From positions 1,621 to 65,620 of the forward strand of contig NZ_JAYWDT010000240.1 of NCBI RefSeq assembly GCF_043779715.1: a stretch of DNA of 64,000 nucleotides, written 5' to 3'. Shown here one piece after another: positions 21,469-32,570 of this stretch. Position 1 is the first letter of the stretch. Every line of letters starts with the position of its first letter. This DNA comes from Flavobacterium sp. (GTDB taxonomy: Bacteria > Bacteroidota > Bacteroidia > Flavobacteriales > Flavobacteriaceae). Both the position numbers and the translations under genes were made by a program. Under the pieces are notes generated by a model. That model was given only the letters and a program-made list of their open reading frames with translations. It did not search any database and was not told the DNA's origin.

Positions 21469-22224
21469 CTAAAACGTTTTTATGAAACCTATTCCATATT
21501 GCTTACCATTATAAAAAGGAGCCATAATTGATGCTGTTTTTTTCTCTTTTGATTTAAAAATTTTCTCCTGCATGAAAGGATTTATCCAATAGGCAACTTT
21601 GGTACTTAAAATACCAATTCCAGCACCTGCTACTACATCAGTCAACCAGTGTTTGTCGTTGTAAATTCTGAATGCTCCTGTGCCAGCAGCCACAATATAT
21701 CCAGAAATGCCATACCAAACAGAAACATCTTTGTATTCTTGCCAAAGAAATTCTGCTCCTGCAAATGCTGTTGCAGTATGTCCGGAAGGAAAGGAATTAA
21801 ACCCAGAACCATCTGGTCGTTCTACTTTTGTTATGGATTTTAAACTTAGTACAGTAGCTGACATTAACAAATAGGAAGTTCCCAAAATAATAGTTCTGTC
21901 TTTAAAATTGTGTTTGCCTTTTATACCAATTGCATTAAGACCATAAACCGATGCTGCAGGAAGGTATTGCGAGAAATCGTCAATTGTTATTTTTTCGTCG
22001 ATATTTTCGTTTACTTCTTCCTTTATTCCTGAATTAACGAATTTCAATCCATCACTTTCAATGCCAATAACACCATAACCAATTAAGACTGTTGGAATGA
22101 TGAGTTGTTTGAACTTAAACTTTTTGTTGTTCTCTTTTGGCTCATTTATAGTTATTGTATCTGTTACTTGCTGTGCAAAACCGACTGAACCAATCATAAA
22201 AAATAAAAACACTTTTAAATACAT
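21469..22224 (-). CDS. PAP2-family phosphatase
   Basis: K..TKVERP, SFPSGHT and RIYNDKHWLTDV motifs. Confidence 0.92.
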   Translation of the reverse strand: MYLKVFLFFMIGSVGFAQQVTDTITINEPKENNKKFKFKQLIIPTVLIGYGVIGIESDGLKFVNSGIKEEVNENIDEKITIDDFSQYLPAASVYGLNAIGIKGKHNFKDRTIILGTSYLLMSATVLSLKSITKVERPDGSGFNSFPSGHTATAFAGAEFLWQEYKDVSVWYGISGYIVAAGTGAFRIYNDKHWLTDVVAGAGIGILSTKVAYWINPFMQEKIFKSKEKKTASIMAPFYNGKQYGIGFIKTF

Positions 22225-22289
22225 ACTTTAAGATTTAGAATTAATAAAAGTATTTTTTTTGCATAAGCTGGATTTTTTAAGATTAAGGA

Positions 22290-23048
22290 TTAATTAAATT
22301 TGTGAAGCATTTTTTTTTGAGAGTAATAGATCAACAACGACATTATTACAATTGAGACTAGTGATGCCTGTAATGTACCTAAGTCTAATCCTCCTTTAGC
22401 GAGTGGTTTGGTTAAAAAGTCTCCAAAAGTGGCACCAAATGGTCTTGTAAATACAAAAGCCAACCAAAATAAAAACACCTCGTTAAGCTTAGTGTAATAG
22501 TGTAGTAAAACCACCGCTATTATTATTGATGCAGTTATTAAAGCACCTTGAATATAGCTTAGTCCGATGACATCACCCAAGTAATCGCCAAATGCAGTTC
22601 CGAGGCTGTTTGAAAATAAAACAGCAATCCAAAAGTATGTTTCTTTCTTGTTTTCTGTTATTGGATTAACATTCAAGTTTTTATATTTTGAATACCATAA
22701 ATAGAGTGTAAAAAGTAAACCTGACAACAAGACCAAACTACCTATTGTATAACCTAAGTGTAAGCTGCGGTCAATGAAATCAGAAATTTCAGTACCTAAT
22801 GTTGTAGTTGCTATGATAACCAACCAAAATGGAAGTGGTTGGTATTCTTTTGTTTTAAGTTGATTGTAGAGCAGTACAATGAAAAAGACAACAGTTATTG
22901 CTATTCCTGTTAAATACCCCAAATTTAAAGTCATTGAAATAAAGTCTCCCAAAGTTTCGCCGAGCGTGGTTGCTACAATTTTCATAACCCAAAACAATAC
23001 AGTTATTTCAGCAATTTTGTTTACTAATTTTGTTTCTACTATTTTCAT
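22290..23048 (-). CDS. COG4705/DUF347 repeat membrane protein
   Basis: Repeated FW..KI.ATTLGET.GD / TTLGTEISD / SNSLGTAFGD / TRPFGATFGD. Confidence 0.88.
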   Translation of the reverse strand: MKIVETKLVNKIAEITVLFWVMKIVATTLGETLGDFISMTLNLGYLTGIAITVVFFIVLLYNQLKTKEYQPLPFWLVIIATTTLGTEISDFIDRSLHLGYTIGSLVLLSGLLFTLYLWYSKYKNLNVNPITENKKETYFWIAVLFSNSLGTAFGDYLGDVIGLSYIQGALITASIIIAVVLLHYYTKLNEVFLFWLAFVFTRPFGATFGDFLTKPLAKGGLDLGTLQASLVSIVIMSLLIYYSQKKMLHKFN

Positions 23049-23091
23049 TTTAAATTTATGTATTTTGAGTTATTAAATTATTTTTGGCTCG

Positions 23092-23970
23092 CTATGACAC
23101 TATTTCAAGTCCGTTTTTGATAACTGAAACTTCAATTTTATTGGTTTTTAAGTTGTGGTATTCGCCATCTAACTGAATGTCAACAAAAATTTTCTCAGGT
23201 AATTCAATCGCAATGTTTTCAATTAAACTGTACTGCGCCATTTTAAAAACTTCTGCTTTTTTTGAAACCACATGAAGTCCCAACTTGATTTGATTGATTA
23301 AACTTATTTTTGGAATTAGCACTAAATTTAGCTTCCCATCAATAAGACTTGCATTTGGTGTTAAACTCATACCATATCCCATTTCGTTTGAATTTGAAAC
23401 AAAAAGCATAAAAGAATTGCTGTTTATAATTTGATTATTGAACAATAGTATCGCTTTGATTGGTTTGTACTGTAAGCTGGCTTGTAATGACGCTTTTATA
23501 TATGAGGTTAATGTTCTTTTTTTATAACACTCGTATTTTTTAATTATCAACGCATCGATCCCAATTCCCATATTGCTAAAAAAGTATTGTTGGTTTACTT
23601 TTCCAATGTCGATGAATTGCGTTTTCCCATTTCTAATAACTTGTGTTGCTTCTTCTAATAGTTTAGGAATTTTAAGGTTTGAAGCTAAACCATTGCCCGA
23701 ACCAATAGGAATTATGCCCAATTTAATTTGGGTGTTAACTAAACAAGATGCCACTTCATTTATGGTACCATCGCCACCACAGGCAACGATATAATCTGGA
23801 TTTTTAGCCACGGCATTATTGGTCAACATAATTGCATGGTGTTTATGATTTGAATAATCTACAGCAATTTTGAATTCTTTTTCAGAAAAATATTTTTCCA
23901 AAACTGTTCTGCTTAGATTGTGTTTGCCATCACCTGATATTGGATTAATTATAAAATGGATGTGTTTCAT
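23092..23970 (-). CDS. Diacylglycerol/lipid kinase family (YegS/DAGK)
   Basis: NPISG, GGDGT, GSGNGLA and DGE motifs. Confidence 0.92.
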   Translation of the reverse strand: MKHIHFIINPISGDGKHNLSRTVLEKYFSEKEFKIAVDYSNHKHHAIMLTNNAVAKNPDYIVACGGDGTINEVASCLVNTQIKLGIIPIGSGNGLASNLKIPKLLEEATQVIRNGKTQFIDIGKVNQQYFFSNMGIGIDALIIKKYECYKKRTLTSYIKASLQASLQYKPIKAILLFNNQIINSNSFMLFVSNSNEMGYGMSLTPNASLIDGKLNLVLIPKISLINQIKLGLHVVSKKAEVFKMAQYSLIENIAIELPEKIFVDIQLDGEYHNLKTNKIEVSVIKNGLEIVS

Positions 23971-25931
23971 TATTTGAGCAACTTATGAGTGAAAAGGTAA
24001 TCGGCTGTTTGGTACCATGAAATGGTTTCGTTTAAGAAATTTTTATCCATTGGAATAGCATTCAAACTATTATCGGCTTTGTTCCATTGGTAAAAATTTT
24101 GTCTTTTTTGATCGGATAAAATCATGGCTTTATCATTTTTCATCAATACCAATTTTCGGTATGTTCCGACTAAAGCTCGTTCTTCAAAATTGGATGCCAG
24201 AATGTTTTTACCAAAAAAGTTGCTTTCGTAGTTCCAGTGAAGTAATGAAAAGAATGTTGGAAAAATATCTATTTGAGAACATTGCTTTTTAATTTTTTGA
24301 TTTTGATATTCCGGAAGATTGACGATGAATGCAGGAATATGATAATTTGCAACGTCAATTTCATCTTTTCCGGCGCTGCTGGCACAATGGTCGGCAATGA
24401 TTATGAAAACTGTATTCTTAAACCAAGGTTTTGATTTTACTTTTTCAAACATATTTTTTAATGCGTAATCGGTATATTTCACTGCACCTTCACGATCTTT
24501 ACCCGATGGAATATCAATTGCATTATCAGGATAGGTATATGGTCTGTGATTGGAGGTTGTCATTACAAAATTGAAAAATGGCTTTTTTGATTTATAATGT
24601 TCATCCGCTACTTTTGTCATTTTAGAATAAATATCTGCATCGCATATTCCCCAAGCGTTTTCAAAAGTTACTTCATCATCACTAATATTATTTCTAGTGG
24701 TTTTAATTTTATCGCTCAAAACACTTCCGCGACCACGGTCATAAATTGTAAATCCGTTTCCTCCAAAATAGGCGTTCATATTATCAAAGTAACCATCGCC
24801 ACCATAAAAGAAATTGGAATTATATCCTTTGCTTTTGAAAACATTTGAAATGGTGTATAGATTTTGATTTTCGGGTCTTTTTACAATACTTTGCCCAGGT
24901 GTTGGCGGAATGCAAAGTGTCATGGCTTCCATACCACGAACTGTTCTAGTTCCGGTGGCATATAGGTTATCAAAAAAGATGCTTTTTTGCGCTAAACTGT
25001 CTAAAAATGGGGTAATGTTTTGCTCATTGCCGAACTCTTTCATAAAACTGGCACTTAAACTTTCAACCAGAATAAAAACTACATTTTTCTTGATGGGTTG
25101 ACTTTTGGTAGTATCTGTAATTGTTCTGTGGATTGATTGTTTATTTGATTGGTATTTACTGTTTTTATCTTGCAGTTTATTTCTAACTATTTGAAACGCT
25201 TCTTCATTTTTAACTGACGTATAAAATTCATTATATGCCATTTGATTGTTTCTGAACGCTGCAAAAAAGGAATAAATTCCCGATTTTGAAATTTCAGCAT
25301 TGTAGCGGTTGGATGACCATTCTGCTTGATTATTAGTAATAAAAATGGAGAAAAGCGCTGCTGTTATTACTGTTGTCCCTAAAACAATGGTTCGGTCTTT
25401 TAGATTGACTGTTGTGGTAAATGTTTCCTTGAAAACATTTAATTTGTAAAAAGTAAAAATTATAATTCCTGTAATTAAAAGAACTCCCGATACAAGAAAT
25501 GGTAACGGATACGATTGTTGGATGTTGGCAACAACTTCATGGGTATAAATTAGATAATCAACTGCAATAAAATTAAAGCGTGTTTTAAATTCATCCCAAA
25601 ATGTAATCTCTGCAAAGAATGTAAATACCAATATAAAAATGGTAAGTGATGTGAAAAACCAAAGTAGAATTTTATCAATCCATGAGCCAATCCATCTGTT
25701 CGGGAATACAAAATAATAGAGGACCGACGGAATAATTATTAAACTTATGGTTCCGATATCATAAAAGAGTCCTGTTAGAAAAGTTCCTATAATTGAGAAT
25801 ACGTTGAAGGAAACTTCATCGTATTGTAAAATTGTAAATATTATTCTTAGGAAGAAAGAAAATGTTATAAACCATGAGATAAATGCAAGTAGTAAACTGT
25901 AACGATTGGAAATTTTTATTCTATTGGACAT
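23970..25931 (-). CDS. LTA-synthase/phosphoglycerol-transferase family sulfatase
   Basis: 5 TM then ILVESLS, TGTRTVRG, TTSNHRPY and ADH. Confidence 0.9.
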   Translation of the reverse strand: MSNRIKISNRYSLLLAFISWFITFSFFLRIIFTILQYDEVSFNVFSIIGTFLTGLFYDIGTISLIIIPSVLYYFVFPNRWIGSWIDKILLWFFTSLTIFILVFTFFAEITFWDEFKTRFNFIAVDYLIYTHEVVANIQQSYPLPFLVSGVLLITGIIIFTFYKLNVFKETFTTTVNLKDRTIVLGTTVITAALFSIFITNNQAEWSSNRYNAEISKSGIYSFFAAFRNNQMAYNEFYTSVKNEEAFQIVRNKLQDKNSKYQSNKQSIHRTITDTTKSQPIKKNVVFILVESLSASFMKEFGNEQNITPFLDSLAQKSIFFDNLYATGTRTVRGMEAMTLCIPPTPGQSIVKRPENQNLYTISNVFKSKGYNSNFFYGGDGYFDNMNAYFGGNGFTIYDRGRGSVLSDKIKTTRNNISDDEVTFENAWGICDADIYSKMTKVADEHYKSKKPFFNFVMTTSNHRPYTYPDNAIDIPSGKDREGAVKYTDYALKNMFEKVKSKPWFKNTVFIIIADHCASSAGKDEIDVANYHIPAFIVNLPEYQNQKIKKQCSQIDIFPTFFSLLHWNYESNFFGKNILASNFEERALVGTYRKLVLMKNDKAMILSDQKRQNFYQWNKADNSLNAIPMDKNFLNETISWYQTADYLFTHKLLK

Positions 25932-26004
25932 AGGTATATTATTGGGTTACTATAAAAAAAAAAGCACTCACACCAAATGATGTGAATGCCCAAACATGAA
26001 AAAA

Positions 26005-26460
26005 TTAACTAACTGACAGTAACTTTCCATTTTCATCAAAAAGCAAATCTTTTCCTTTAATTTCAGCCTCGTAGGTAACAATACCTTTATCTGAAATTAT
26101 CTTTGCCGCTTCTTTTACTTTTTGATCTTTATAGTTTTTACCTATGTAATTAAGAATTGATTTTGGTAATTGTGCTGTGGTAATTTCAACTTCTGTTTCG
26201 ATGATTTTACCATTCGCATTGAATAAAACAGAGTTTTCTATTTTATTGCTTTCAAAACTGGCTTCAAAATTGTTTTCTTCTTTATCCCACTTGACTTTTT
26301 TTGCATTGGGATATTTTGATAATAGAGATTTAGAAACAATCTCCGGTACTTTTGTTGCTTTTACTTTTTGAGCAAAAGCGATTGTAGATAACACTAAAGC
26401 CACTACAATAATTACTGATTTTCTCATTGCTATTATATTTTTTGAATTAATAATAGTCAA
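26005..26460 (-). CDS. PepSY-like periplasmic protein
   Basis: Signal peptide; two KYPNA..W.KE..YEA..F...G repeats. Confidence 0.8.
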   Translation of the reverse strand: MTIINSKNIIAMRKSVIIVVALVLSTIAFAQKVKATKVPEIVSKSLLSKYPNAKKVKWDKEENNFEASFESNKIENSVLFNANGKIIETEVEITTAQLPKSILNYIGKNYKDQKVKEAAKIISDKGIVTYEAEIKGKDLLFDENGKLLSVS

Positions 26461-26526
26461 AGTTGCAAACCAATTTTGTAGAAATATTGAATTTTGAATT
26501 AAAGCAAAAATAAATTTAGTTATTCT

Positions 26527-28935
26527 TTAAAATTTATAATTATACCCTAATCGTACCACTTGAGTTTCGTAGTAATCATTGCTAGTATATCTAAATTCCT
26601 GACCTTGAATTTCTTTTTTGATTACAAGAGTGTTCAGAATGTCGGTTGCATTAAGAAAGAATTCTCCTTTTCCATTTTGAACCGATTTTTTTAATCCTAA
26701 ATCAATTGAGAAACGTGATTTTATTTTGCCTTGCGGAATTATATCTGGAGCTAAATATAGTGCTGTTATCTGCGCATCCACTTTTTTAGACAAATGCAAC
26801 GTATTGTTCCACTTTACATTTCCTGAGAAAACATCTTGTTTTGCTGCTGTAAATGTGTTGGGTTGTGGATATAGATTTTGAACTGTAAACGCACCAATCT
26901 GATTGTAGTAGGCATTTAGATTAAGATTGGAGGAATACCATTTTACAATATCTTGTGAAAGAACCATTTCTATTCCTGTGTTGGAACTTTTATTCACGTT
27001 TTGAAATATGGCATAAATTAGATTGCTATTGGGTACAGTAGAAGCAATTCGTGTAATGGTTGCATTTGCAAAACGATGGTAGAAAGCTGAATATAAATAT
27101 CCTTTTTTTAAATTTCTCTTGAAACCTAATTCAACTAAATTGGTAAATTGTGGTCGTAATGCAGGATTACCGACTTTAATAATTTCGGCATCGTCATATT
27201 TTGGAAATATTCGAATATCAACTTCGTTTGGTCTGTCAATTCTTCGATTATAAAACAACGATATTTTGTTGTCATCATTGATTTTATAGGCAAAGCGGAA
27301 ATTCGGAAACGGTTCGAAATAAGAATAGCCATCGGTTCTGTAGGTTGGATGGTTTGGATTTACTTCGTATTCTAAATCTAAGTATTCCAAGCGCAATCCA
27401 ATTTCTGCTTCGATTTTATTGGTCTCATAAACGTAGTTTCCATACACTGCCGGAATGATTTCTTCATACGTTGCTTTGCCGCCTGCGCTTGCATCTAAAG
27501 GCGAACTTGTACCCGGAAAGAATTGCATGTTTGTTGGAATAATTCGGTTACGAAACTTAAATCCTGTTTCAAATCGACCATATTTTAATGGTTTTATGTA
27601 ATCTATATTGAAGTCGATTACACTTTCATCCGATAGTAATTTGAAGGAATCTTTGCTTGTTGAGCTTGGCAAAATATTATCGAAAAAGTATTTTTCATCT
27701 TCACGATGAAAGGTATAATTTAAACCAATGTTCATTAAATGACCAGCTTCCTTGAATTTATGTTGATATGAAGCTGTTGCCATATATGTTGTCTTTAATT
27801 CATCTTCTAAAAATGTCCAAAGTCGCAATCGCTCGGAATAATCGGCATTAAAAAATGGCTGGTCTCCGTTATCAATAATTTTTTCTGAGCCAAACAAGCC
27901 CAAAACAGTAAGTGTATTATGGTCATTGATATTCCAATCAATTCCCGATTTAATAGTAGTGAAATGTGTATTTCGGTTTCTTTTTAATTGTTGGTTAATG
28001 ATTGTTCCGTCATTGTAGGTACGCGTCACAAATTCATTTTTATTCAGTGTTTCTGTATATAAATAATCGCCTTGAAAAAACACATTGATTTTGTTTTTGC
28101 GGTAATTAAGTGATAGTGTAGGATTAACTTTTGGCGTTAGTGAATATTGCCGTCTAATTGTAGGCAGGTTTTCTTTTCGTTCCCACAAAGCACCTAATCC
28201 AGAAGTAAAACCGACTTTACCATTGAAGCCTTCTTTTTTGTTTTTCTTGTAAATGATATTGATAATACCTGCGTTACCATTGGCATCATATTTTGCTGAC
28301 GGATTGTTAATGATTTCGATTTTATCTATAGCTGAAGCCGGAATATTATCTAAACCCGATTGACTTCCAAAACCTGTTAAAGCCGTTTGTTTACCATCAA
28401 TTAATACGGTGACTTTATCATTACCTCTAATTTGTACTTTGCCATCTTGGACTGTTACTCCTGGTAAATTTTGCATTGATTGTAAAACAGAGCCGCCACT
28501 TTGACTGATGTTATCCGCCATAGAAAACGTTTTTTTATCCATTTTATCGCCGATGGTATTTTGTTTAGAAACTACTACTACTTCTTGTAGAGTTGTGGCA
28601 TCTTCCTCTAATTCAATACTACCCTGATCCAAAAATTCTGATAGTGAACCTACATAAACCGATTGTGTTTTGGTTTTGTAGCTAATAAATGAAAATTCTA
28701 AAACGTAATTTCCCGATTTTATGTTAGCAATTGAAAATCTTCCTTCTTCGTTGGTTACTGTACCAGCAATTATAGAAGCGTCTTTTGAAGTCTTTAAAAC
28801 TACATTTACAAAAGGTAAAGCTGCTTTTGTAATTTTGTCTTTTGTAGTGCCCGATACCGTTACTGATTTTTCTTGAGCCAGTAATTTTGTCCCAAATAAT
28901 GATATGAGAACAATTAATAATGTTTTAATTCGCAT
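26527..28935 (-). CDS. TonB-dependent outer-membrane receptor
   Basis: CarboxypepD-like N-domain, plug (NPSAKYDANGNAGIINI), C-terminal RLGYNYKF. Confidence 0.9.
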   Translation of the reverse strand: MRIKTLLIVLISLFGTKLLAQEKSVTVSGTTKDKITKAALPFVNVVLKTSKDASIIAGTVTNEEGRFSIANIKSGNYVLEFSFISYKTKTQSVYVGSLSEFLDQGSIELEEDATTLQEVVVVSKQNTIGDKMDKKTFSMADNISQSGGSVLQSMQNLPGVTVQDGKVQIRGNDKVTVLIDGKQTALTGFGSQSGLDNIPASAIDKIEIINNPSAKYDANGNAGIINIIYKKNKKEGFNGKVGFTSGLGALWERKENLPTIRRQYSLTPKVNPTLSLNYRKNKINVFFQGDYLYTETLNKNEFVTRTYNDGTIINQQLKRNRNTHFTTIKSGIDWNINDHNTLTVLGLFGSEKIIDNGDQPFFNADYSERLRLWTFLEDELKTTYMATASYQHKFKEAGHLMNIGLNYTFHREDEKYFFDNILPSSTSKDSFKLLSDESVIDFNIDYIKPLKYGRFETGFKFRNRIIPTNMQFFPGTSSPLDASAGGKATYEEIIPAVYGNYVYETNKIEAEIGLRLEYLDLEYEVNPNHPTYRTDGYSYFEPFPNFRFAYKINDDNKISLFYNRRIDRPNEVDIRIFPKYDDAEIIKVGNPALRPQFTNLVELGFKRNLKKGYLYSAFYHRFANATITRIASTVPNSNLIYAIFQNVNKSSNTGIEMVLSQDIVKWYSSNLNLNAYYNQIGAFTVQNLYPQPNTFTAAKQDVFSGNVKWNNTLHLSKKVDAQITALYLAPDIIPQGKIKSRFSIDLGLKKSVQNGKGEFFLNATDILNTLVIKKEIQGQEFRYTSNDYYETQVVRLGYNYKF

Positions 28936-29001
28936 TGTTTCTTTTCTTTATAATTTTTCAATGACAAAAATCGCAATGGAATTTGTAGAAATTTTGAATT
29001 T

Positions 29002-30291
29002 TTAAAATGATATTTCAAAATTATGAAATCTATCTTTAAAACTATAATGGATAGACCAACTGTTTGCATCAACAATCTTTTTAATTATCGATAAACCCAA
29101 ACCATTTCCTTTAGAACTTGGATTGGATTTAGAAAAGCGCTCGAACATTTTTTCTGTTTTTAAAGGTATTAAAGCACCAGTGTTTGAGAATAGTATTCCT
29201 TTGGACGTCACGCTGACATTGATTTGACCATCATTTACGTTGTGATTGATTGTATTTATGAATAAATTATTTATTAGTATTTCAACTAGAAATGGATTGG
29301 CACTAACAATTACTTTTTCACTACTCTCTATATTGATTTCAATATCTTTAGATTTTGCCTGTTCGTTGAAAAATGCTATTTGATGATTTATAATTTCACT
29401 AATGTTTACTTGTTGTTTTTCATAGAATGAATTACTTTCAATTTTAGAAAGAACCAATAAATTTTTATTTAGCTTGACTAATCGAGAAGTGGTATTGTTT
29501 AAATCATCAATTAATTGAAACTGCTCTTGATTAAGGTCTTTTCGTTGTAGAATGTTTTCGATTTTTCCTTTAAAGATTGCAATTGGTGTTTGAAGTTCAT
29601 GAGCTGCATTTTCAATAAATTCTCGCTGACTATTATAAATACTACTGTTTTTGTGAATGAGTTTCACTGTTACATTATTTAATCGATCAAATTCTTCGGT
29701 GGTATTTTCTATTAAATTAACTGAAGTTGTTTTGTCAATTTCAAATTGTTCGAGCTTGTCGAGTGCGACATAAAACGGCAACCATAATTTTGATGAAATG
29801 TATTTGGTAATAAAAAGGAAGCCAAGAATTAAAAGCACTAAAAGTGAAATGAAAAGTACCACTGTACTTCCAATTAAGTTTTCTTTTTCAACCATATTAA
29901 TTCTTGCTGAAAAAGTGAATGTTTTGCCTTCAATTTTTACCGGAGCATTAAGTACTCTGTATGGTTCATTTTCTTTATTAAGACTATCGTAATAGCTGTG
30001 ATCAAATAAACTGTCCTTTGCAATTCCGTTGAACTTTTGCAGGTTTACGTCTTTATTGAATTTGTTCCAAAGTGCAATGTCCTTTAGAGTTAATTCATCC
30101 TTTGTGAAAGTGTCAAACTGTTTTTTTATTGCATACAAATCTTCGTTGGCATCGTCTTCATATAAAACATTTGAAACTACATAAAATAACGGAGCAACGG
30201 TTATTAGTATAACAACAGCATAAATGAAATAATAGTTTAGTGTTTTTTGAAGTAATTTTTTATTCATCTTCCCATTTGTAGCCTGTTCCAT
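29002..30291 (-). CDS. Sensor histidine kinase
   Basis: 2 TM; H-box NAAHELQTP; N, F and G boxes (GNGLGLSI). Confidence 0.93.
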   Translation of the reverse strand: MEQATNGKMNKKLLQKTLNYYFIYAVVILITVAPLFYVVSNVLYEDDANEDLYAIKKQFDTFTKDELTLKDIALWNKFNKDVNLQKFNGIAKDSLFDHSYYDSLNKENEPYRVLNAPVKIEGKTFTFSARINMVEKENLIGSTVVLFISLLVLLILGFLFITKYISSKLWLPFYVALDKLEQFEIDKTTSVNLIENTTEEFDRLNNVTVKLIHKNSSIYNSQREFIENAAHELQTPIAIFKGKIENILQRKDLNQEQFQLIDDLNNTTSRLVKLNKNLLVLSKIESNSFYEKQQVNISEIINHQIAFFNEQAKSKDIEINIESSEKVIVSANPFLVEILINNLFINTINHNVNDGQINVSVTSKGILFSNTGALIPLKTEKMFERFSKSNPSSKGNGLGLSIIKKIVDANSWSIHYSFKDRFHNFEISF

Positions 30292-30937
30292 AAACTGATT
30301 TTAAATAATCAAAAGTACCCATTTCTTTCAACTTCTTTTTTAAATTTTTGATGTGCGCATAAATAAAGTCGTGGTTGTCTAACATGTCAGCCATATCTCC
30401 AGACAAGTGTTCTGCAATGGCACCTTTGGACAAGACTTTATTTTTGTTGCCAATTAAAAAGAGTAATAAATCCATTTCTGTTTTGGTGAGATCGATTTTT
30501 GTACCCTTAACTTTTACTGATTTATTGATGGTATCTATCTCAATTTCATTGAACTTAACAGTGTTGCTTCCATTAAATTGTTTTCTTCTTACCAATGCCT
30601 GAATTCTAACCAGTAATTCGGATAAGTGAAATGGTTTGGTGAGGTAATCATCAGCACCCAATGTAAATCCTTCAATTTTAGTTTCTAAGGTTTCTTTGGC
30701 TGAGATTATTATTACGCCATCAGATTTATTGAGCTTTTTTAATTCTTTTAAAATTGAAAATCCATCACCATCTGGCAACATTAAGTCGAGCAAAATACAG
30801 TCGTAATTGTACAATGTTATCTTTTCGTGCGCTGTTTCAAAATTATTTGCGCTCTCACATTGAATTTCGTTGGTTTTTAGATAACTATTGATACTTTCTT
30901 GTATTTCCAGTTCATCTTCAATTATAAGTATTTTCAT
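30260..30937 (-). CDS. OmpR-family response regulator
   Basis: LLDLMLPDGDG, GADDYLTKPF, winged helix SVYGTGY. Confidence 0.95.
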   Translation of the reverse strand: MKILIIEDELEIQESINSYLKTNEIQCESANNFETAHEKITLYNYDCILLDLMLPDGDGFSILKELKKLNKSDGVIIISAKETLETKIEGFTLGADDYLTKPFHLSELLVRIQALVRRKQFNGSNTVKFNEIEIDTINKSVKVKGTKIDLTKTEMDLLLFLIGNKNKVLSKGAIAEHLSGDMADMLDNHDFIYAHIKNLKKKLKEMGTFDYLKSVYGTGYKWEDE

Positions 30938-31014
30938 GATGCAAAGTAAGAAATGAATTTTGAATAAAAGTTGAATTTTATTTTAAATTTTGAAAACAAA
31001 AAGTATATATGACG

Positions 31015-31644
31015 TTATTTTGAATTTATTTCATCAAGGTAATATTGTAAATCATACAGATAAATTAGCTCGATGTTTTCTTCATTTAGCATTTGACTTA
31101 GTTCAACAAAATTGATGTTTTCAAAAAGTGCTTTTTCTACTATAATATTTTGAATGATTATATAAATGACTTGGAGGAGGTTTTTATTATTGCAATGAAC
31201 GGTATAGTTTTAAAAATACACAATCATGTCTATTTTTTTACAGTTCTCATATTGTAACGGTTCAAATTTTATTTCACTTGCCTTAATGTTAATGTCTTTA
31301 AATACATACGGTTTGTCTAATCCTGCTTCCATTTCTTCGATATCTTCGGATGGTTGGATGAAAGCCATGAAGTTCCAGTTTTTTAGTTTTGGAGCATTGT
31401 CTACCAAATTTGTTACTTCTTTAAAATAATTGGGATTGCCATTAGCTGAAATTATTAGTTGTATTGGTTGGGTGTTTCTCTTTGGGAAAATTAAAATGCA
31501 ATCTAATCCTTCGGAATAGTAATGCAGGTTTTTGTCGAGCCAGAAAAGAAAAAGTTTTTGGATTTTTGGTTTTTCATTTTGAAGGTTTCTTAAAGCTTTT
31601 TCATTGAACTGTATCCAGTCCCAGAATAATTTTATATTTTTCAT
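31015..31644 (-). pseudogene. Hypothetical protein interrupted by an in-frame TAA (31210-31212)
   Basis: Frame continues past the stop for 64 sense codons: DMIVYF*NYTVHCNNKNLLQVIYIIIQNIIVEKALFENINFVELSQ..EINSK*. Confidence 0.6.
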
Positions 31645-31804
31645 CTTGTTGTTTTTAAATTATTATTTTTAGAAAATACCTGACTGCCACTGGCAGTCCT
31701 CCTTTTAATTTCAAATGTTGTATTGGATCCAATTCCAGAATAGTGTTGTATTTTTCATGATTGTAAGTGATTAGAAAAAAGTGATTAGCAATGTTAGAGA
31801 ATAA

Positions 31805-32428
31805 TTATCTTTTGTCTTTTGAAGTGTTGTCGTAAGCTATTAGATTAAAGAGTTCACGCATTCGGCTTCGGACACGGTTGCCGTATTGTGATTCTATTTC
31901 GCTTGCGGAAAGGTTAGTTGTGATGTGGGTTTGTATTCGTTTTGCGATGTACACATCGTATCTGCTTAATAGGATTTCTGCCATTACATTGCATTCGTTA
32001 CCGTAGTATTTTAGGTTGCTTTCTGTACCTAAGTCGTCGAAGCATATTGTTTTAGGTTCGAATTCATAGAGTTTTCCTTTGCTGTATTTGTGTATGATTT
32101 GGTAACCGTCTTGAATGAATTCAAAACTTATGTCTCGGCATGGTTTTACGAAAAATTTGTGTTCGGTTGGTGTTAAGTATTTCATTATGTTCATTATTGA
32201 AGTTTTGCCACAGCCGATTGGACCTGAAAGTAGAATTCCTTTGTTTAAGTTGATATTGTATTGAAAACAGGTTACCTCGTCTTTGAGAAAATAGGCGATT
32301 AGTTTGAATATGATTGGGTAATCGGTTTCAAGAATTTTGAAATGATTGCCGTGTAGTTCAATGCCTTTTTTTTCTATCCAAGTGATTATTTCTTGGTAGT
32401 TGTAGTGGGTTTTTATTTCGTTTTCCAT
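31805..32428 (-). CDS. P-loop ATPase (DnaC/IstB-like helicase-loader type)
   Basis: Walker A GPIGCGKT; Walker B FDDLG; ITTNL. Confidence 0.85.
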   Translation of the reverse strand: MENEIKTHYNYQEIITWIEKKGIELHGNHFKILETDYPIIFKLIAYFLKDEVTCFQYNINLNKGILLSGPIGCGKTSIMNIMKYLTPTEHKFFVKPCRDISFEFIQDGYQIIHKYSKGKLYEFEPKTICFDDLGTESNLKYYGNECNVMAEILLSRYDVYIAKRIQTHITTNLSASEIESQYGNRVRSRMRELFNLIAYDNTSKDKR

Positions 32429-32570
32429 AATTATTTTAACATTACATTGACATCGATTTATTCGCTAAAGCGAATGTTTTTGGGACACAGATGACGCGGA
32501 TTAAATGGATTTACACAGATTTTTAAAAACCACAAAGCACTTCGACAAGCTCAGTGTGACAAATGAGTTA

